From positions 28,860-92,859 of the forward strand of contig CAZITV010000001.1 in NCBI GenBank assembly GCA_964542255.1: a DNA stretch of 64,000 bases, given 5' to 3'. The stretch is from an uncultured Victivallaceae bacterium (GTDB lineage: Bacteria; Verrucomicrobiota; Lentisphaeria; Victivallales; Victivallaceae). Of the stretch, positions 35,678-45,636 are shown piece by piece; the first letter of the stretch is position 1, and every line of letters begins with the position of its first letter. The notes under the pieces were generated by a model. That model was not told the origin of the DNA and made no database searches. It saw only the letters and a program-made list of their open reading frames with translations. The position numbers were made by a program, and so were the translations under genes.

Positions 35678-37995
35678 TTAACATACGGAGCAATAAAGTG
35701 TTTTTTAATAAAATTTTGGTTATAATTTCTGTTGGGCTGTTTTTGCTGCCCGCAATTAACGCCGCAAAAATTGAAAAACTTGATTTCGTTCAAATTGGCG
35801 GCTACCAGTTCCCGGAAAAAATGCTATTATTCAACGTTCAGCAAAAAGTTGGTTCTGAATATGACGAGCAAATTCTTAATGCAGACATCAAACGGCTTTA
35901 TGAAACCGGATATTTCTCCGATGTGGTTTCTGAAACCAAAAAAATATCTCCTGCAACCGTTGAAGTAATCATTAAAGTCAGCGTTAAACCTAGAGTTAAG
36001 TTCATCGAAATTAAGGGTAATCAGAAGTTTAATACTGAAGAACTGCGTAAAGAAATTACAGTTAATTCTGATATGCCGCTAAATGACAATAAATTACGTG
36101 AAAGTACTCAAAAACTTCGCGATTTTTATAAAAGCAAAGGATATAATGAGGCAACTATCACTCCAGTCATCAAAACCGTAAATACCAATGATATTAACGT
36201 CGTATTTGAAATTCAGGAAAATTTACGCAAAAAAGTTAACGATGTCACTTTTGAAGGCGCTACAGTCTATACAGCATGGACATTGAAAAATGCTATTGCC
36301 AACCGTCACTCTTACCTAAGTCGTTTTCTTGAATTTGGATTATTTAACCCGGATGAACTAGAAAATGATAAGGCTAGAATTAGAGAATTATACTGGGATA
36401 AAGGTTTTTTAGATTTCAAAGTTGAGAAGATTACTTTAACTCCGGATAAAGATGACCCTGAATATTTGAATATTAATTTTAAGGTTTTTGAAGGTGAGCC
36501 ATATAAAGTAGGCAAAATTACAGTCAATGGTAATCTGCTTTTCCCGAAAGAACAACTGCTGCGCTTGATAAAAGTTGAAACCGGCAAAATTTTTGAGTTA
36601 AAACTAGAACAGGATTCAAAAACAGCAATTACTAATCTTTACGAGTCAATGGGATATGCGGATATGTTCTGCAAGGTCAACCGCATCGCAGAATTCAAAA
36701 ATCATATAGTTGATTTGGACTTCATCGTTTCTGAAGGGAAAAAATACAACGTAAAAGATGTGATTATCACTGGTAACATGCGCACTAAAGATAAAGTTAT
36801 CCGGCGCGAATTAGCTATCCAACCAGGTGACCCTCTTGATAAAAACCGCATCAAAGCCAGTAAGGCAAGACTAATGGGAATGGGATACTTTGAAGACGTA
36901 AAAGCAGTCGCAGTCGGTACAGATGATGTTGGCAAAAAAAATGTGCAGTTTGATGTTAAAGAAAAAGAAACTTTTAAGGTTAAAGTTGGCGGCGGATTTT
37001 CGGACACGGATAGCCTGGTCGGTATGGTTGAAGTTGGTAATAATAATTTTGACATTCTTGACCCAATGAATTATTTCTATGGCGGTGGTCAGCGTTTCCG
37101 TGTACAGGGGTTATTCGGTCTTGAACGCCAAGGCGTTAATGTGGACTTTTCTGAACCTTGGCTCTTCGATATGCCGTTGCGGTTAGATATGTCAGGTTAT
37201 TTAAATCAGGTTGAATATGAACACTGGGATGAGACCCGTGTAGGTGGCAAGTTTGCTCTAACTCATAAAGTATTTGATGATTTTACAAGTATTACCGGAG
37301 GTTACAAATTTGAGCAAGTCAATGTCTCAGATATGTCCAGTAGCGCTTCACCTGAATTGAGAAGTCAGAGCGGTCGTGAATGGGTAAGTCAACCTTCTTT
37401 ATTGTTGAATCGTGATACCCGCGACAGTCTTATTGAGCCCACATCGGGTTATTTAACAAGCGCTACTGGCGCAGTTTCGCCTAAAGTAATTGGCTCCAGT
37501 ACCAACTTCTACCGGCTCGAAAGTAAAAATAGCTATTACTTCTCACTGCTGGAAAAAGCTTTAATCTTCCACCTTGGCGGTAAAATTGGCACAGTCGCAT
37601 GTTTTGACCGTAACGATATGGCACCGCTATACGAAAGATACTTCCTGGGTGGTGGCGATAGTCTGCGTGGCTTCTCTTATCGTGATGTCTCACCGGTTGA
37701 TAACAACGGCACCCCCATCGGCGGACAAACTATGCTCCTGCTAACTACGGAAATGACCCACCCCATTTGGAGTTTTATCCGCGGTGCAATTTTTGTTGAT
37801 GCCGGCGGAGTAGGGCGTAGTTCCTACAGCATGGGATTGAGTAATATGAATGTTGGTACCGGTTACGGTTTGCGTATTAAAGTACCGTATTTAAATGCTC
37901 CGGTTAAAGTTGACTTGGCATATCCGGTAGTCTGCAATCAGGAAGATTATGACAGGAAATTGCGCGTCCATTTTAATATGGGCTTCACTTGGTAA
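35674..37995 (+). CDS. bamA: outer membrane protein assembly factor BamA
   Basis: Signal peptide, about five POTRA-like repeats (GN..F....L), C-terminal Omp85 barrel (YFLGGGDSLRGF) ending ...HFNMGFTW. The ATG overlaps the dnaB stop (ATGA). Confidence 0.9.
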   Translation: MINIRSNKVFFNKILVIISVGLFLLPAINAAKIEKLDFVQIGGYQFPEKMLLFNVQQKVGSEYDEQILNADIKRLYETGYFSDVVSETKKISPATVEVIIKVSVKPRVKFIEIKGNQKFNTEELRKEITVNSDMPLNDNKLRESTQKLRDFYKSKGYNEATITPVIKTVNTNDINVVFEIQENLRKKVNDVTFEGATVYTAWTLKNAIANRHSYLSRFLEFGLFNPDELENDKARIRELYWDKGFLDFKVEKITLTPDKDDPEYLNINFKVFEGEPYKVGKITVNGNLLFPKEQLLRLIKVETGKIFELKLEQDSKTAITNLYESMGYADMFCKVNRIAEFKNHIVDLDFIVSEGKKYNVKDVIITGNMRTKDKVIRRELAIQPGDPLDKNRIKASKARLMGMGYFEDVKAVAVGTDDVGKKNVQFDVKEKETFKVKVGGGFSDTDSLVGMVEVGNNNFDILDPMNYFYGGGQRFRVQGLFGLERQGVNVDFSEPWLFDMPLRLDMSGYLNQVEYEHWDETRVGGKFALTHKVFDDFTSITGGYKFEQVNVSDMSSSASPELRSQSGREWVSQPSLLLNRDTRDSLIEPTSGYLTSATGAVSPKVIGSSTNFYRLESKNSYYFSLLEKALIFHLGGKIGTVACFDRNDMAPLYERYFLGGGDSLRGFSYRDVSPVDNNGTPIGGQTMLLLTTEMTHPIWSFIRGAIFVDAGGVGRSSYSMGLSNMNVGTGYGLRIKVPYLNAPVKVDLAYPVVCNQEDYDRKLRVHFNMGFTW

Positions 37996-38010
37996 ATCCC
38001 AATATTTTCT

Positions 38011-38277
38011 ATGCAAGACCTAAATTTACAGCAATTGATATTTCCAGTAAAATGGCACTACAAAATTATTACAGATGCTAATACTGAAAATATTTTAGAT
38101 GACATTAATCGCATACTATCTGAACACGGCGTAACTCATCAAGCACAATCGGGCAATTTTTCATCTAACCGCAAATATTTGACTTATAAAGTTACCGTAG
38201 AATTTTTTTGCCGTGAAGAAATGGAACGATTAAGTCTCGCTCTTCGGAATATATCAGGTGTAAAATACCTAATTTGA
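38011..38277 (+). CDS. DUF493 (YbeD-like) small protein
   Basis: 88 aa. FPVKWHYKIIT...SSNRKYLTYKVTV...L..ISGVKYLI matches the YbeD/UPF0250 pattern. Confidence 0.68.
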   Translation: MQDLNLQQLIFPVKWHYKIITDANTENILDDINRILSEHGVTHQAQSGNFSSNRKYLTYKVTVEFFCREEMERLSLALRNISGVKYLI

Positions 38278-38536
38278 AATTTACCCAGCAGTAAACCGGA
38301 TCATCAGTGTCCTTGTAATTCCCTAACCCAACTTCATCAAGCTATACTGTGTTATTGAGCATTGTCCAATAATGTCAGAATATCTCAGGAACTTTTATAT
38401 TTAACCGTACGCGTGAAACTGGATTATCTCCAAGGCAGCCTCTGTGACATCCGGTACCAGCGATTGATGGATACTCTGCGTGATGCTAAATTTGAAATGA
38501 TAGTAGTATCACGTTATCTGATTGTGTTAAAAAAAG

Positions 38537-39076
38537 CTACTTGTTCCAGTTTACTCCAACCATAAATGGAAATCTGCCATTTTTATTGAAGTTAACCAAA
38601 CCAAGCTGAAAATCAATGTTATCTGCATGATTAACTATGCCGAATTGCCAGCCACTTTTTTTCCCAACGTTGACTATGCCAATCTGCGCGCCAACAAGAT
38701 CTTTTTCAATGATATTTACTAATGACATTTGAACGCCATATAACTGATTGGATATGCTTGGTGCCAGCATTGCCCATTGAAATCCATTGACATTGTCCGT
38801 GGTACAGCAGAATCCCCATTCAAAACCGACTACCTTGCCTTTACCTGATGAAATTGGCAAACCTAGTTTAAGTCCTGAAACGTTTGCTGTTTCAATTGAT
38901 GTTGGCGCATTAAACCAAAATCCTGCAAGCATTCCATCCCAACGCTCATTCTGTACAGTATTAGTAGCGTTATTTTTAGAGTCAGTAGCGGGAACAACAG
39001 TATCCTGAGCTGGGCAAAGTGCAGCAGCAAAACATAAAGTCACCATAACTGCACAACTGATTAATGACGTTTTCAT
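38537..39076 (-). CDS. secreted protein made of short G-x-Q-x-G-x-x-N repeats
   Basis: Signal peptide MKTSLISCAVMVTLCFAAALCPA, then units of about 17 aa (VNGFQWAML, LYGVQMSLVN, LVGAQIGIVN, SGWQFGIVN, IDFQLGLVN). Start set to the ATG at 39076 (AAGGA upstream). Reminiscent of spirochaete/Bacteroidota surface-repeat proteins (from memory). Confidence 0.62.
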   Translation of the reverse strand: MKTSLISCAVMVTLCFAAALCPAQDTVVPATDSKNNATNTVQNERWDGMLAGFWFNAPTSIETANVSGLKLGLPISSGKGKVVGFEWGFCCTTDNVNGFQWAMLAPSISNQLYGVQMSLVNIIEKDLVGAQIGIVNVGKKSGWQFGIVNHADNIDFQLGLVNFNKNGRFPFMVGVNWNK

Positions 39077-39202
39077 CCTTTTATTCCTTTTTTTGTTTTT
39101 CTTTGCTAAAATATAAATCTTAGCTAAAGTATTAATATTTAAAATGATACAGGCAGGCATCGCCAAATGCAGTGCATACTTGTATTTTATATCAAATTTA
39201 GG

Positions 39203-40258
39203 TTATTCGTCATCGTTAATGTGTTTGGTTTTGCCTAATATATCTTCAGGATTAACTGGTGTGTGATTTAGGCTGATATTAATATGTTCATGCTTAACTA
39301 CTGGTACTGATTTTAGATCCAGTTCTGGTCGCGCGGTTAATGAATTTAGCGAAATATGCGCATTGTCAATAGAAGATTTTGATAACGCCGGATGAGGTTG
39401 CGGGGTGAATTGCACCGTTTTTTTTAAACCTTCTTCTGAACTGTGTGGAAATGGTTGTTTAGCGCTCTGATGATCAGTTTTATCAACTGTATTTGCAGGC
39501 ATAGGCATTGCTGGACGATGAGTGTGATGAGGTGGCATAGCAGGAGTTTTATCTTTTTCAATAACGCCTGGAGGCAGTGGCGGTGTTGTTTTGTTCAGTG
39601 GGGTAGGCAAATCGTTTTTAACTTGAATTTTAGCATGTTCTTGAATTGGATGCCTTAAGCTGCCAGTTGCAGGCTCAAGACACTGCTCAGGCTTTACTGG
39701 CTGGATTACCACATTACTGCCGGACTCAATATGTGACTTTGCGGCAATGGTTGACATTGAATGTTTTGCCTGATGCGGTGCAGATTGCCCAATGTCAGGA
39801 TTGTCTAGATTGCTAACGTATAATTTATTATTAGTTTGGTGCATCCCGGCAGAAAAATATTCATTTACTGGGGCATTGTCTGAATTTGCATTGTTTGCGA
39901 CTGTAGGCGAAACGATACTCGTTGGCGTTTTATTAATATCCATTTTATTATGGCGCAAAATGTCTTCGGTGTAAAATTCTGTTTCAACAATATCCGAAAC
40001 ACCGTGCTTGCCCATTCTAATTTCATAAAGTAGCTTATTGGCACGTTGCAGTTCAACAATTACCTCGGCAAATGAACCATCAAATTTCTTTGCGTGCCAA
40101 ATAATGCTGTTTAATTCGACATCACTTGTTTCTCTGAATTTATCAAATTCAAAGATTAACTTTCCTAATCGAATGATTAGAGTTAAAAAAATTATACACG
40201 TTATTATGCTGACTACGACAAGCGCCACCAGCAAGACTGGTAATGTCAAATCTCCCAT
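39203..40258 (-). CDS. membrane-anchored protein with Pro/His/Thr-rich C-terminal half, unknown function
   Basis: 351-aa ORF with N-terminal TM LPVLLVALVVVSIITCIIFLTLII and a low-complexity P/H-rich region (PPHHTHRPAMPMPAN). No family recognised. Confidence 0.5.
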   Translation of the reverse strand: MGDLTLPVLLVALVVVSIITCIIFLTLIIRLGKLIFEFDKFRETSDVELNSIIWHAKKFDGSFAEVIVELQRANKLLYEIRMGKHGVSDIVETEFYTEDILRHNKMDINKTPTSIVSPTVANNANSDNAPVNEYFSAGMHQTNNKLYVSNLDNPDIGQSAPHQAKHSMSTIAAKSHIESGSNVVIQPVKPEQCLEPATGSLRHPIQEHAKIQVKNDLPTPLNKTTPPLPPGVIEKDKTPAMPPHHTHRPAMPMPANTVDKTDHQSAKQPFPHSSEEGLKKTVQFTPQPHPALSKSSIDNAHISLNSLTARPELDLKSVPVVKHEHINISLNHTPVNPEDILGKTKHINDDE

Positions 40259-40395
40259 GTCCCTAACCTCCAGGTTCAGGCTAATATACCTTCTATGTTA
40301 TCTTAAATTATCTCAAAATACTTAAATGTCAATTAAATTGAGTAAATTTCATTTTTTTTTGTAAAATAAACAAAATCATAATGATTGAAAAATAT

Positions 40396-40428
40396 GTAAT
40401 GCACCCATTGACAAATGGGGAGCATTAC
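40396..40428 (-). terminator. candidate rho-independent terminator after the rlpA-like gene
   Basis: The minus-strand transcript reads GTAATGCTCCCCATT-tgtc-AATGGGTGCATTAC, a 13-bp stem with one mismatch and one bulge, followed by ATATTTTTC. Confidence 0.45.
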
Positions 40429-40481
40429 ACAATAGCTCGTATTATGCTTGTGATGCAGTTATGAGGAATTGGGCTCTTTTA

Positions 40482-41216
40482 TTATTTATCTGAAAACCAT
40501 TCCGGCAAAGTGATTTTTGCGGCATTTGCACTGATTTTATTTTTTGAATATATGGTGACTGGTGCTGTACCGTTATGAATAATATCTAGCCTGGCGGCGG
40601 CAGCATTGGTCAAGTCTATGTCTCTACCGGAGATAAACGGTCCGCGGTCGTTTATTCTGACAACAAGTCGCCGATGATTATTGTTGTTCACTACAAGCAC
40701 AAGAGTCCCAAGAGGTAGTGTGCGGTGTGCAGCAGTATAAAATGGTCCAGGTAAAAATAAATTTCCTGAAGCGGTGCGGTTAAAATAAAACCCCTTGCCG
40801 TAATGTGATGCTACACCCTGCTCAACATAGTACCATGTTCCCCAGTCAAAAGGTGGAGTGAAAAAGTAGTAGTAAAGAATTGCTGCGATAAATGAGCTAA
40901 AAAGAAAGAATCTTCTGGCAATTGCTGAATTGTCACATTTTTTTCTAGTGAACAATCCCAACAGCCAAAATATGATAAATAGATAATAACAAATTTGACC
41001 GATGGTATAAAAAAATGATTTAATTATACAGCATATTTTGTGGCATGACTTAATATTACAAAAAACATCTAAAGCTCTCTTTAACAGATTAAAAATTGCT
41101 TTAATGGTTAGAATAATGATTTTTACTGTGAAGCGGAAGAACTCCCACCAAATTATTCCAATTAAATCAAATATTTTAAGTAGCGCGCTATTTGTTTTTT
41201 CTTTCATCATATACAT
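40482..41216 (-). CDS. rlpA: RlpA-like (DPBB domain) septal lytic transglycosylase family protein with N-terminal membrane region
   Basis: GVASHYGKGF...RTASG...TAAHRTLPLGTLVLVVN...VVRINDRGPF..GRDIDLTNAAAARL is the RlpA double-psi beta-barrel signature. Several N-terminal TM segments. Confidence 0.82.
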   Translation of the reverse strand: MYMMKEKTNSALLKIFDLIGIIWWEFFRFTVKIIILTIKAIFNLLKRALDVFCNIKSCHKICCIIKSFFYTIGQICYYLFIIFWLLGLFTRKKCDNSAIARRFFLFSSFIAAILYYYFFTPPFDWGTWYYVEQGVASHYGKGFYFNRTASGNLFLPGPFYTAAHRTLPLGTLVLVVNNNNHRRLVVRINDRGPFISGRDIDLTNAAAARLDIIHNGTAPVTIYSKNKISANAAKITLPEWFSDK

Positions 41217-41311
41217 TTGTTTAGGAAATAATTACTATGCCTGCATGCAGCGGTGAGATAATATATTTATTATTTTGAGAAATTTTCGTAGTTTATTTGA
41301 GTATCTAATTA

Positions 41312-41359
41312 AATAAAAAATACCGACTATGAATTCATGTTATTTCAAAAGTCGGTATT
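41312..41359 (-). terminator. rho-independent terminator after tkt
   Basis: Minus strand: AATACCGACT (10-bp stem), a 21-nt loop containing ATGAATTCAT, AGTCGGTATT, followed by TTTTTATTT. Confidence 0.65.
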
Positions 41360-41388
41360 AATCAGAAAACGATATAATTTAACAAAAA

Positions 41389-43419
41389 TTATTCGCAGCA
41401 GCCACAGTCCGAACTGCAATCGCATTCACAAGAAAAGTGTTTTCTTATGTTTTCTACGACTTGATCCGGTGTGAAGCCAAATTTTTCTGCTAAAACTTTA
41501 TACGGTGCGGATGCACCAAAAGTATCAAGCCCGATTGCCAATCCGTCATTGCCGATGAAACGATGCCAGCCAAATGTTGATGCTGCTTCAATTGACACTC
41601 TCGCATCACATTCTGACGGCAATACCGACTCTTGATACTCTTTGTTTTGTTTTAGGAATAATTCCTGCGAAGGCATTGAAACAACTCGGACTCCGCAACC
41701 TTTTGACCGAATTATCTCAGCAGATTTTAATGCTAGATTAACTTCAGAACCAGTGGCGATTATAATCAGTTGATAATCTTTATCATCACTTAATATGTAT
41801 GCTCCTCTGGCAACATCAACAAGTTTTGCTTGTTCTGCAGATAGAGGTTCCAAGTCTTGGCGTGTAAGCATAATTGCTACTGGGCCATTTGCCTTTAACG
41901 CGACTGCCCATGCGTGCGCGGTTTCATAAGCATCAGCAGGACGAATGGATATCAGGTTTGGAATACTGCGCAGCATTGCTAAATGTTCCACAGGCTCATG
42001 GGTTGGACCATCTTCGCCAACATAAAATGAGTCATGGGTGAAAACATAAATTTCATGTAATCCTTGAATCGCCGCCAAACGAATAGCTGGTTTCATGTAA
42101 TCTGAAAACACGAAAAAAGTAGATGTGTAAGGAATGATTGTTTCATACAACGCCATTCCGTTTCCAGCAAGTCCCATCGCCAATTCGCGTACGCCAAAAT
42201 GGAAATTCGCGCCACCGCGATTTTCCGGAGAAAAACTTGGTGTGTCTTTAATATTTGTCTTGGTTGATGGTGAAAGATCAGCAGCACCTCCTACTAATGA
42301 CGGTACCAATGCGGCAGCACGCTGAAGAATTTCTCCGCCTGAAACACGGCTTGCTACTGGCTTGCTAATAGGCGCAACTTTTATTAATTCTTCAAGAATA
42401 TTATCCGGAACAGAACGATTAATCATTTTGCTGATAAGTTCTGCCTTATCACTGTTCATGTCTAAATACTCTTGGAACTTCTTATTCCAGATGGCAGCTT
42501 CATTTTTTAAATTTTCCACTCTGGCGTCAATAAACTTTTGCACTTCCGGCATTACTGAAAATGGAGCTTCTGGCATTCCTAAATTTTTCTTTGCAGACTC
42601 AACTTCTTCTTGACCAAGAGGTTCGCCGTGGGCAGATGATTTCCCTTGTTTATTAGGAGCGCCAAATCCGATTTTTGTTTTACCAATTATCAAAGTTGGG
42701 CGACCGTCTGAAATAACTGCTGTTGCCAAAGCCTTATCACATTGCTCAATATCGTTGGCATCGTTGACATGGATAACGCGCCAGTTATAGGCGGCGAATC
42801 GGGCACCGACATTTTCAGAAAAAGCCAAATTAGTTGAGCCTTCGATGGTAATTGAATTGTCATCATAGAAGCAAATCAACTCATCAAGTTTTTGATGTCC
42901 AGCCAAAGATGCAGCTTCAGATGTGGCACCTTCCATCATACAGCCATCACCGCAAATAATAAAAATTTTATTATTTAGCAGGTCGGTTTTATCGAGTCCT
43001 GTTTTTGCAGCAAAGTAGTTATTTGCCATTGCCATCCCAACTGCGGATGCAAAACCGCTGCCGAGCGGCCCCGTGGTAATATCAACTCCGGCGGTATGGT
43101 TATATTCAGGATGTCCAGGAGTTTTACTGCCCCATTGACGGAATTGCTGAAGCTCTTCCATTGATAATCCATAACCGAAAAGATGTAGTAATGAATACTC
43201 AAGCATTGAACCATGGCCTGCGGAGAGTATAAAACGGTCACGTCCAAGCCATTTAGGGTTGGCAGGGTTATGCCGCATATATTTGTGCCATATCATAAAG
43301 GCAATGTCGGCACATCCCATTGGCATGCCTGGATGTCCAGATTTTGCCTTTTGTACCGCTTCAGCCGAGATGACTCTTATTGTATTTGCTGCCAATTTTG
43401 ATAATGCTAAATCATTCAT
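41389..43419 (-). CDS. tkt: transketolase with Cys-rich C-terminal extension
   Basis: SGHPGMPMG, GDGCMMEG, HDSFYVGEDGPTHEP, and C-terminal domain. Ends with the extra tail HFSCECDCSSDCGCCE. Confidence 0.95.
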   Translation of the reverse strand: MNDLALSKLAANTIRVISAEAVQKAKSGHPGMPMGCADIAFMIWHKYMRHNPANPKWLGRDRFILSAGHGSMLEYSLLHLFGYGLSMEELQQFRQWGSKTPGHPEYNHTAGVDITTGPLGSGFASAVGMAMANNYFAAKTGLDKTDLLNNKIFIICGDGCMMEGATSEAASLAGHQKLDELICFYDDNSITIEGSTNLAFSENVGARFAAYNWRVIHVNDANDIEQCDKALATAVISDGRPTLIIGKTKIGFGAPNKQGKSSAHGEPLGQEEVESAKKNLGMPEAPFSVMPEVQKFIDARVENLKNEAAIWNKKFQEYLDMNSDKAELISKMINRSVPDNILEELIKVAPISKPVASRVSGGEILQRAAALVPSLVGGAADLSPSTKTNIKDTPSFSPENRGGANFHFGVRELAMGLAGNGMALYETIIPYTSTFFVFSDYMKPAIRLAAIQGLHEIYVFTHDSFYVGEDGPTHEPVEHLAMLRSIPNLISIRPADAYETAHAWAVALKANGPVAIMLTRQDLEPLSAEQAKLVDVARGAYILSDDKDYQLIIIATGSEVNLALKSAEIIRSKGCGVRVVSMPSQELFLKQNKEYQESVLPSECDARVSIEAASTFGWHRFIGNDGLAIGLDTFGASAPYKVLAEKFGFTPDQVVENIRKHFSCECDCSSDCGCCE

Positions 43420-43670
43420 GAGTTTTAAAACATCCTTTCAATAATTAATGAATTGTGACTTAAAAAATATATATTAAGATAATTTCATATTGTGTCATTT
43501 TCAATGGATATTTGAAAATTATTTCGTTTAATAAAGTCAGTTAGTAAAAATATTAAAAATGTTTTGCAGTCTGCTAAGAATTAAATGATATTTAGGCTAT
43601 ATTATATTATTAATTTACATTTCAGGATATAATTTTATGCAATTTTTGAAGATTAAGGGTGGATATTTAT

Positions 43671-44705
43671 ATGGCTGAACGTTTTATTACCTCAACTTTG
43701 AATAAAAAAGACGTTACTATCGACAATACCTTGCGTCCAGTTAGATTTACTGATTTCCCAGGACAGGACAAAGTTAAAGAACGTTTGGAATTATATGTGA
43801 AGGCCGCCATGGGAAGGAATGAACCATTAGGGCATCTGCTGCTAAGTGGCCCACCAGGATTGGGCAAAACAACTTTGGCATACCTCATCGCAAATGAAAA
43901 GGGTGCCAATATAAAATCTTCCAGTGGTCCGGTCATTGAAAAACCTGGAGATTTAGCTGGATTGCTCACATCTTTGCAGGATGGCGACATCTTGTTTATT
44001 GATGAAATTCATCGTTTAAACGCGACTGTTGAAGAATATTTATATAGCGCGATGGAAGACTTTTTTATAGATATCATGTTGGATCAAGGTCCTGGCGCCC
44101 GTTCTGTGCGTCTTAACGTTCCACATTTTACATTGCTTGGCGCAACTACCCGTTCAGGTATGTTATCGTCTCCATTACGTTCACGTTTTGCTTTGTCTTG
44201 CCGGTTAGATTATTATGAGGTTGAACCTTTGACGGCTATTATTAAGCGTTCTGCCAATATTCTGAATATCGAAATTGACCATGCAGGAGCAGCAGAGATT
44301 GCGCGGCGCTGCCGTGGCACGCCACGTATCGCCAATAATTTATTAAGCTGGGCGAGGGACTATGCGCAAGTACGTGCAGACCGGGCTATTACCGGTTTGA
44401 CTGCATCAGCGGCGTTGGCGATGCTTGATATTGACGACGACGGACTTGATGAAATGGATAATCGAATACTTGAAGTAATAATTGCAAATTATAACGGTGG
44501 TCCTGTTGGAATTAAGACTATAGCTGTTGCCGTTGGAGAAGAAGAGGGAACTCTTGAAGAGGTATACGAACCATTTTTAATCCAAGGTGGCTATTTGATG
44601 CGGACTGCACAGGGGAGGGTGGCAACAGATAAAGCAAGGTTGAAACTGGGATTGCCGGTTACCAATAATCAAATCAAACCAGAGCATCCAGATATATTTG
44701 GATAG
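43671..44705 (+). CDS. ruvB: Holliday junction branch migration helicase RuvB
   Basis: LRP..F.DF.GQ, Walker [35 protein letters not shown]. Start set to the ATG at 43671 (AAGGGTGG upstream); the ORF track's GTG is at 43659. Confidence 0.95.
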   Translation: MAERFITSTLNKKDVTIDNTLRPVRFTDFPGQDKVKERLELYVKAAMGRNEPLGHLLLSGPPGLGKTTLAYLIANEKGANIKSSSGPVIEKPGDLAGLLTSLQDGDILFIDEIHRLNATVEEYLYSAMEDFFIDIMLDQGPGARSVRLNVPHFTLLGATTRSGMLSSPLRSRFALSCRLDYYEVEPLTAIIKRSANILNIEIDHAGAAEIARRCRGTPRIANNLLSWARDYAQVRADRAITGLTASAALAMLDIDDDGLDEMDNRILEVIIANYNGGPVGIKTIAVAVGEEEGTLEEVYEPFLIQGGYLMRTAQGRVATDKARLKLGLPVTNNQIKPEHPDIFG

Positions 44706-44769
44706 ATATCGGAATAATAATTTTATTTTGTGTATATTTGAACAGTAAATAAATAATGGGAGCATCACG

Positions 44770-45477
44770 ATGAATTGGTTTAACGGGTTACTTGAACTTC
44801 AGATGGTTGATATGCGATTGCGCAATTTAAAGTTACGTCAAGAAATATTGCCGGGAGAAATAAAGGCACTTGAACAGGATATTATTGATATCAATAATAA
44901 ATTAAAAAATGACCATGAATGTATTAAAAAAACTGAGTTGGAAATAAAAAAAATTGAAGGTAATATCGGTCAAATTAATGAGACTATCCGTAAAATTCAA
45001 GCAAATTCAGCGATGGTGAAAAAAAATAATGAATATCAGGCAATGCTCCATGAAATTGAACAGCACAAGCTTGCCATCAGCAACTTTGAAAGCAAAGAAA
45101 TTGAACTGCTTGACATTTTAGAGCTACAAAAAAAATCCTATCGTGATGCTGAAAAAGATTCTAAGGAAAGGATTAAAAACAATATTGATAATCAAGCAGA
45201 ATTGAAGCAGTTGATCACTGAAGTTTGCGAAGAAATTAATACCTTAAACTCAAGTCGAGAAGAAAAATCCAGTATTGTTCCGGCAGAACTTTTATCGCAC
45301 TATAACCGTTTGGTTAAGTCAAAGGGGACTCCGCTTGTAGCAGTAAATAATGGCACCTGTGGTAATTGTCATTTAAAACTTACGCCTCAGACATTAGCAG
45401 AATCCAAAAAAGGCGCTACTGCCATTTGTGATAATTGCCAACACTTGTTATATTTTGCAGAGACACAAAATATCTGA
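44770..45477 (+). CDS. coiled-coil protein with C-terminal C4 zinc ribbon (COG1579/DUF164-like)
   Basis: 235 aa. Long heptad-rich region, then GTCGNCHLKL...CDNCQHLLY. Confidence 0.78.
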   Translation: MNWFNGLLELQMVDMRLRNLKLRQEILPGEIKALEQDIIDINNKLKNDHECIKKTELEIKKIEGNIGQINETIRKIQANSAMVKKNNEYQAMLHEIEQHKLAISNFESKEIELLDILELQKKSYRDAEKDSKERIKNNIDNQAELKQLITEVCEEINTLNSSREEKSSIVPAELLSHYNRLVKSKGTPLVAVNNGTCGNCHLKLTPQTLAESKKGATAICDNCQHLLYFAETQNI

Positions 45478-45636
45478 TACTCAATATAGAATTTATAAAT
45501 ATTGATATTCTACGCATCCTTTGATGCCATGACATACATGGCATAAATTGCATCAGTTAAATCCGATAGAGCGCAATCCTGCAGGTGTGCGAAAGGTCAT
45601 TTATAAGTTTATTGTGTAACGACGCCTCTGCGATCC

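Noticed and set aside
38362-38565. 67-aa TTG-initiated ORF, and a CCAAGGCAG string (38430-38438) reminiscent of SRP (4.5S) RNA domain IV
   Set aside because: The ORF has no RBS, has a non-ATG start and runs into the convergent gene. The SRP resemblance is limited to 9 nt, with no GGAA tetraloop or flanking symmetric-loop sequences.
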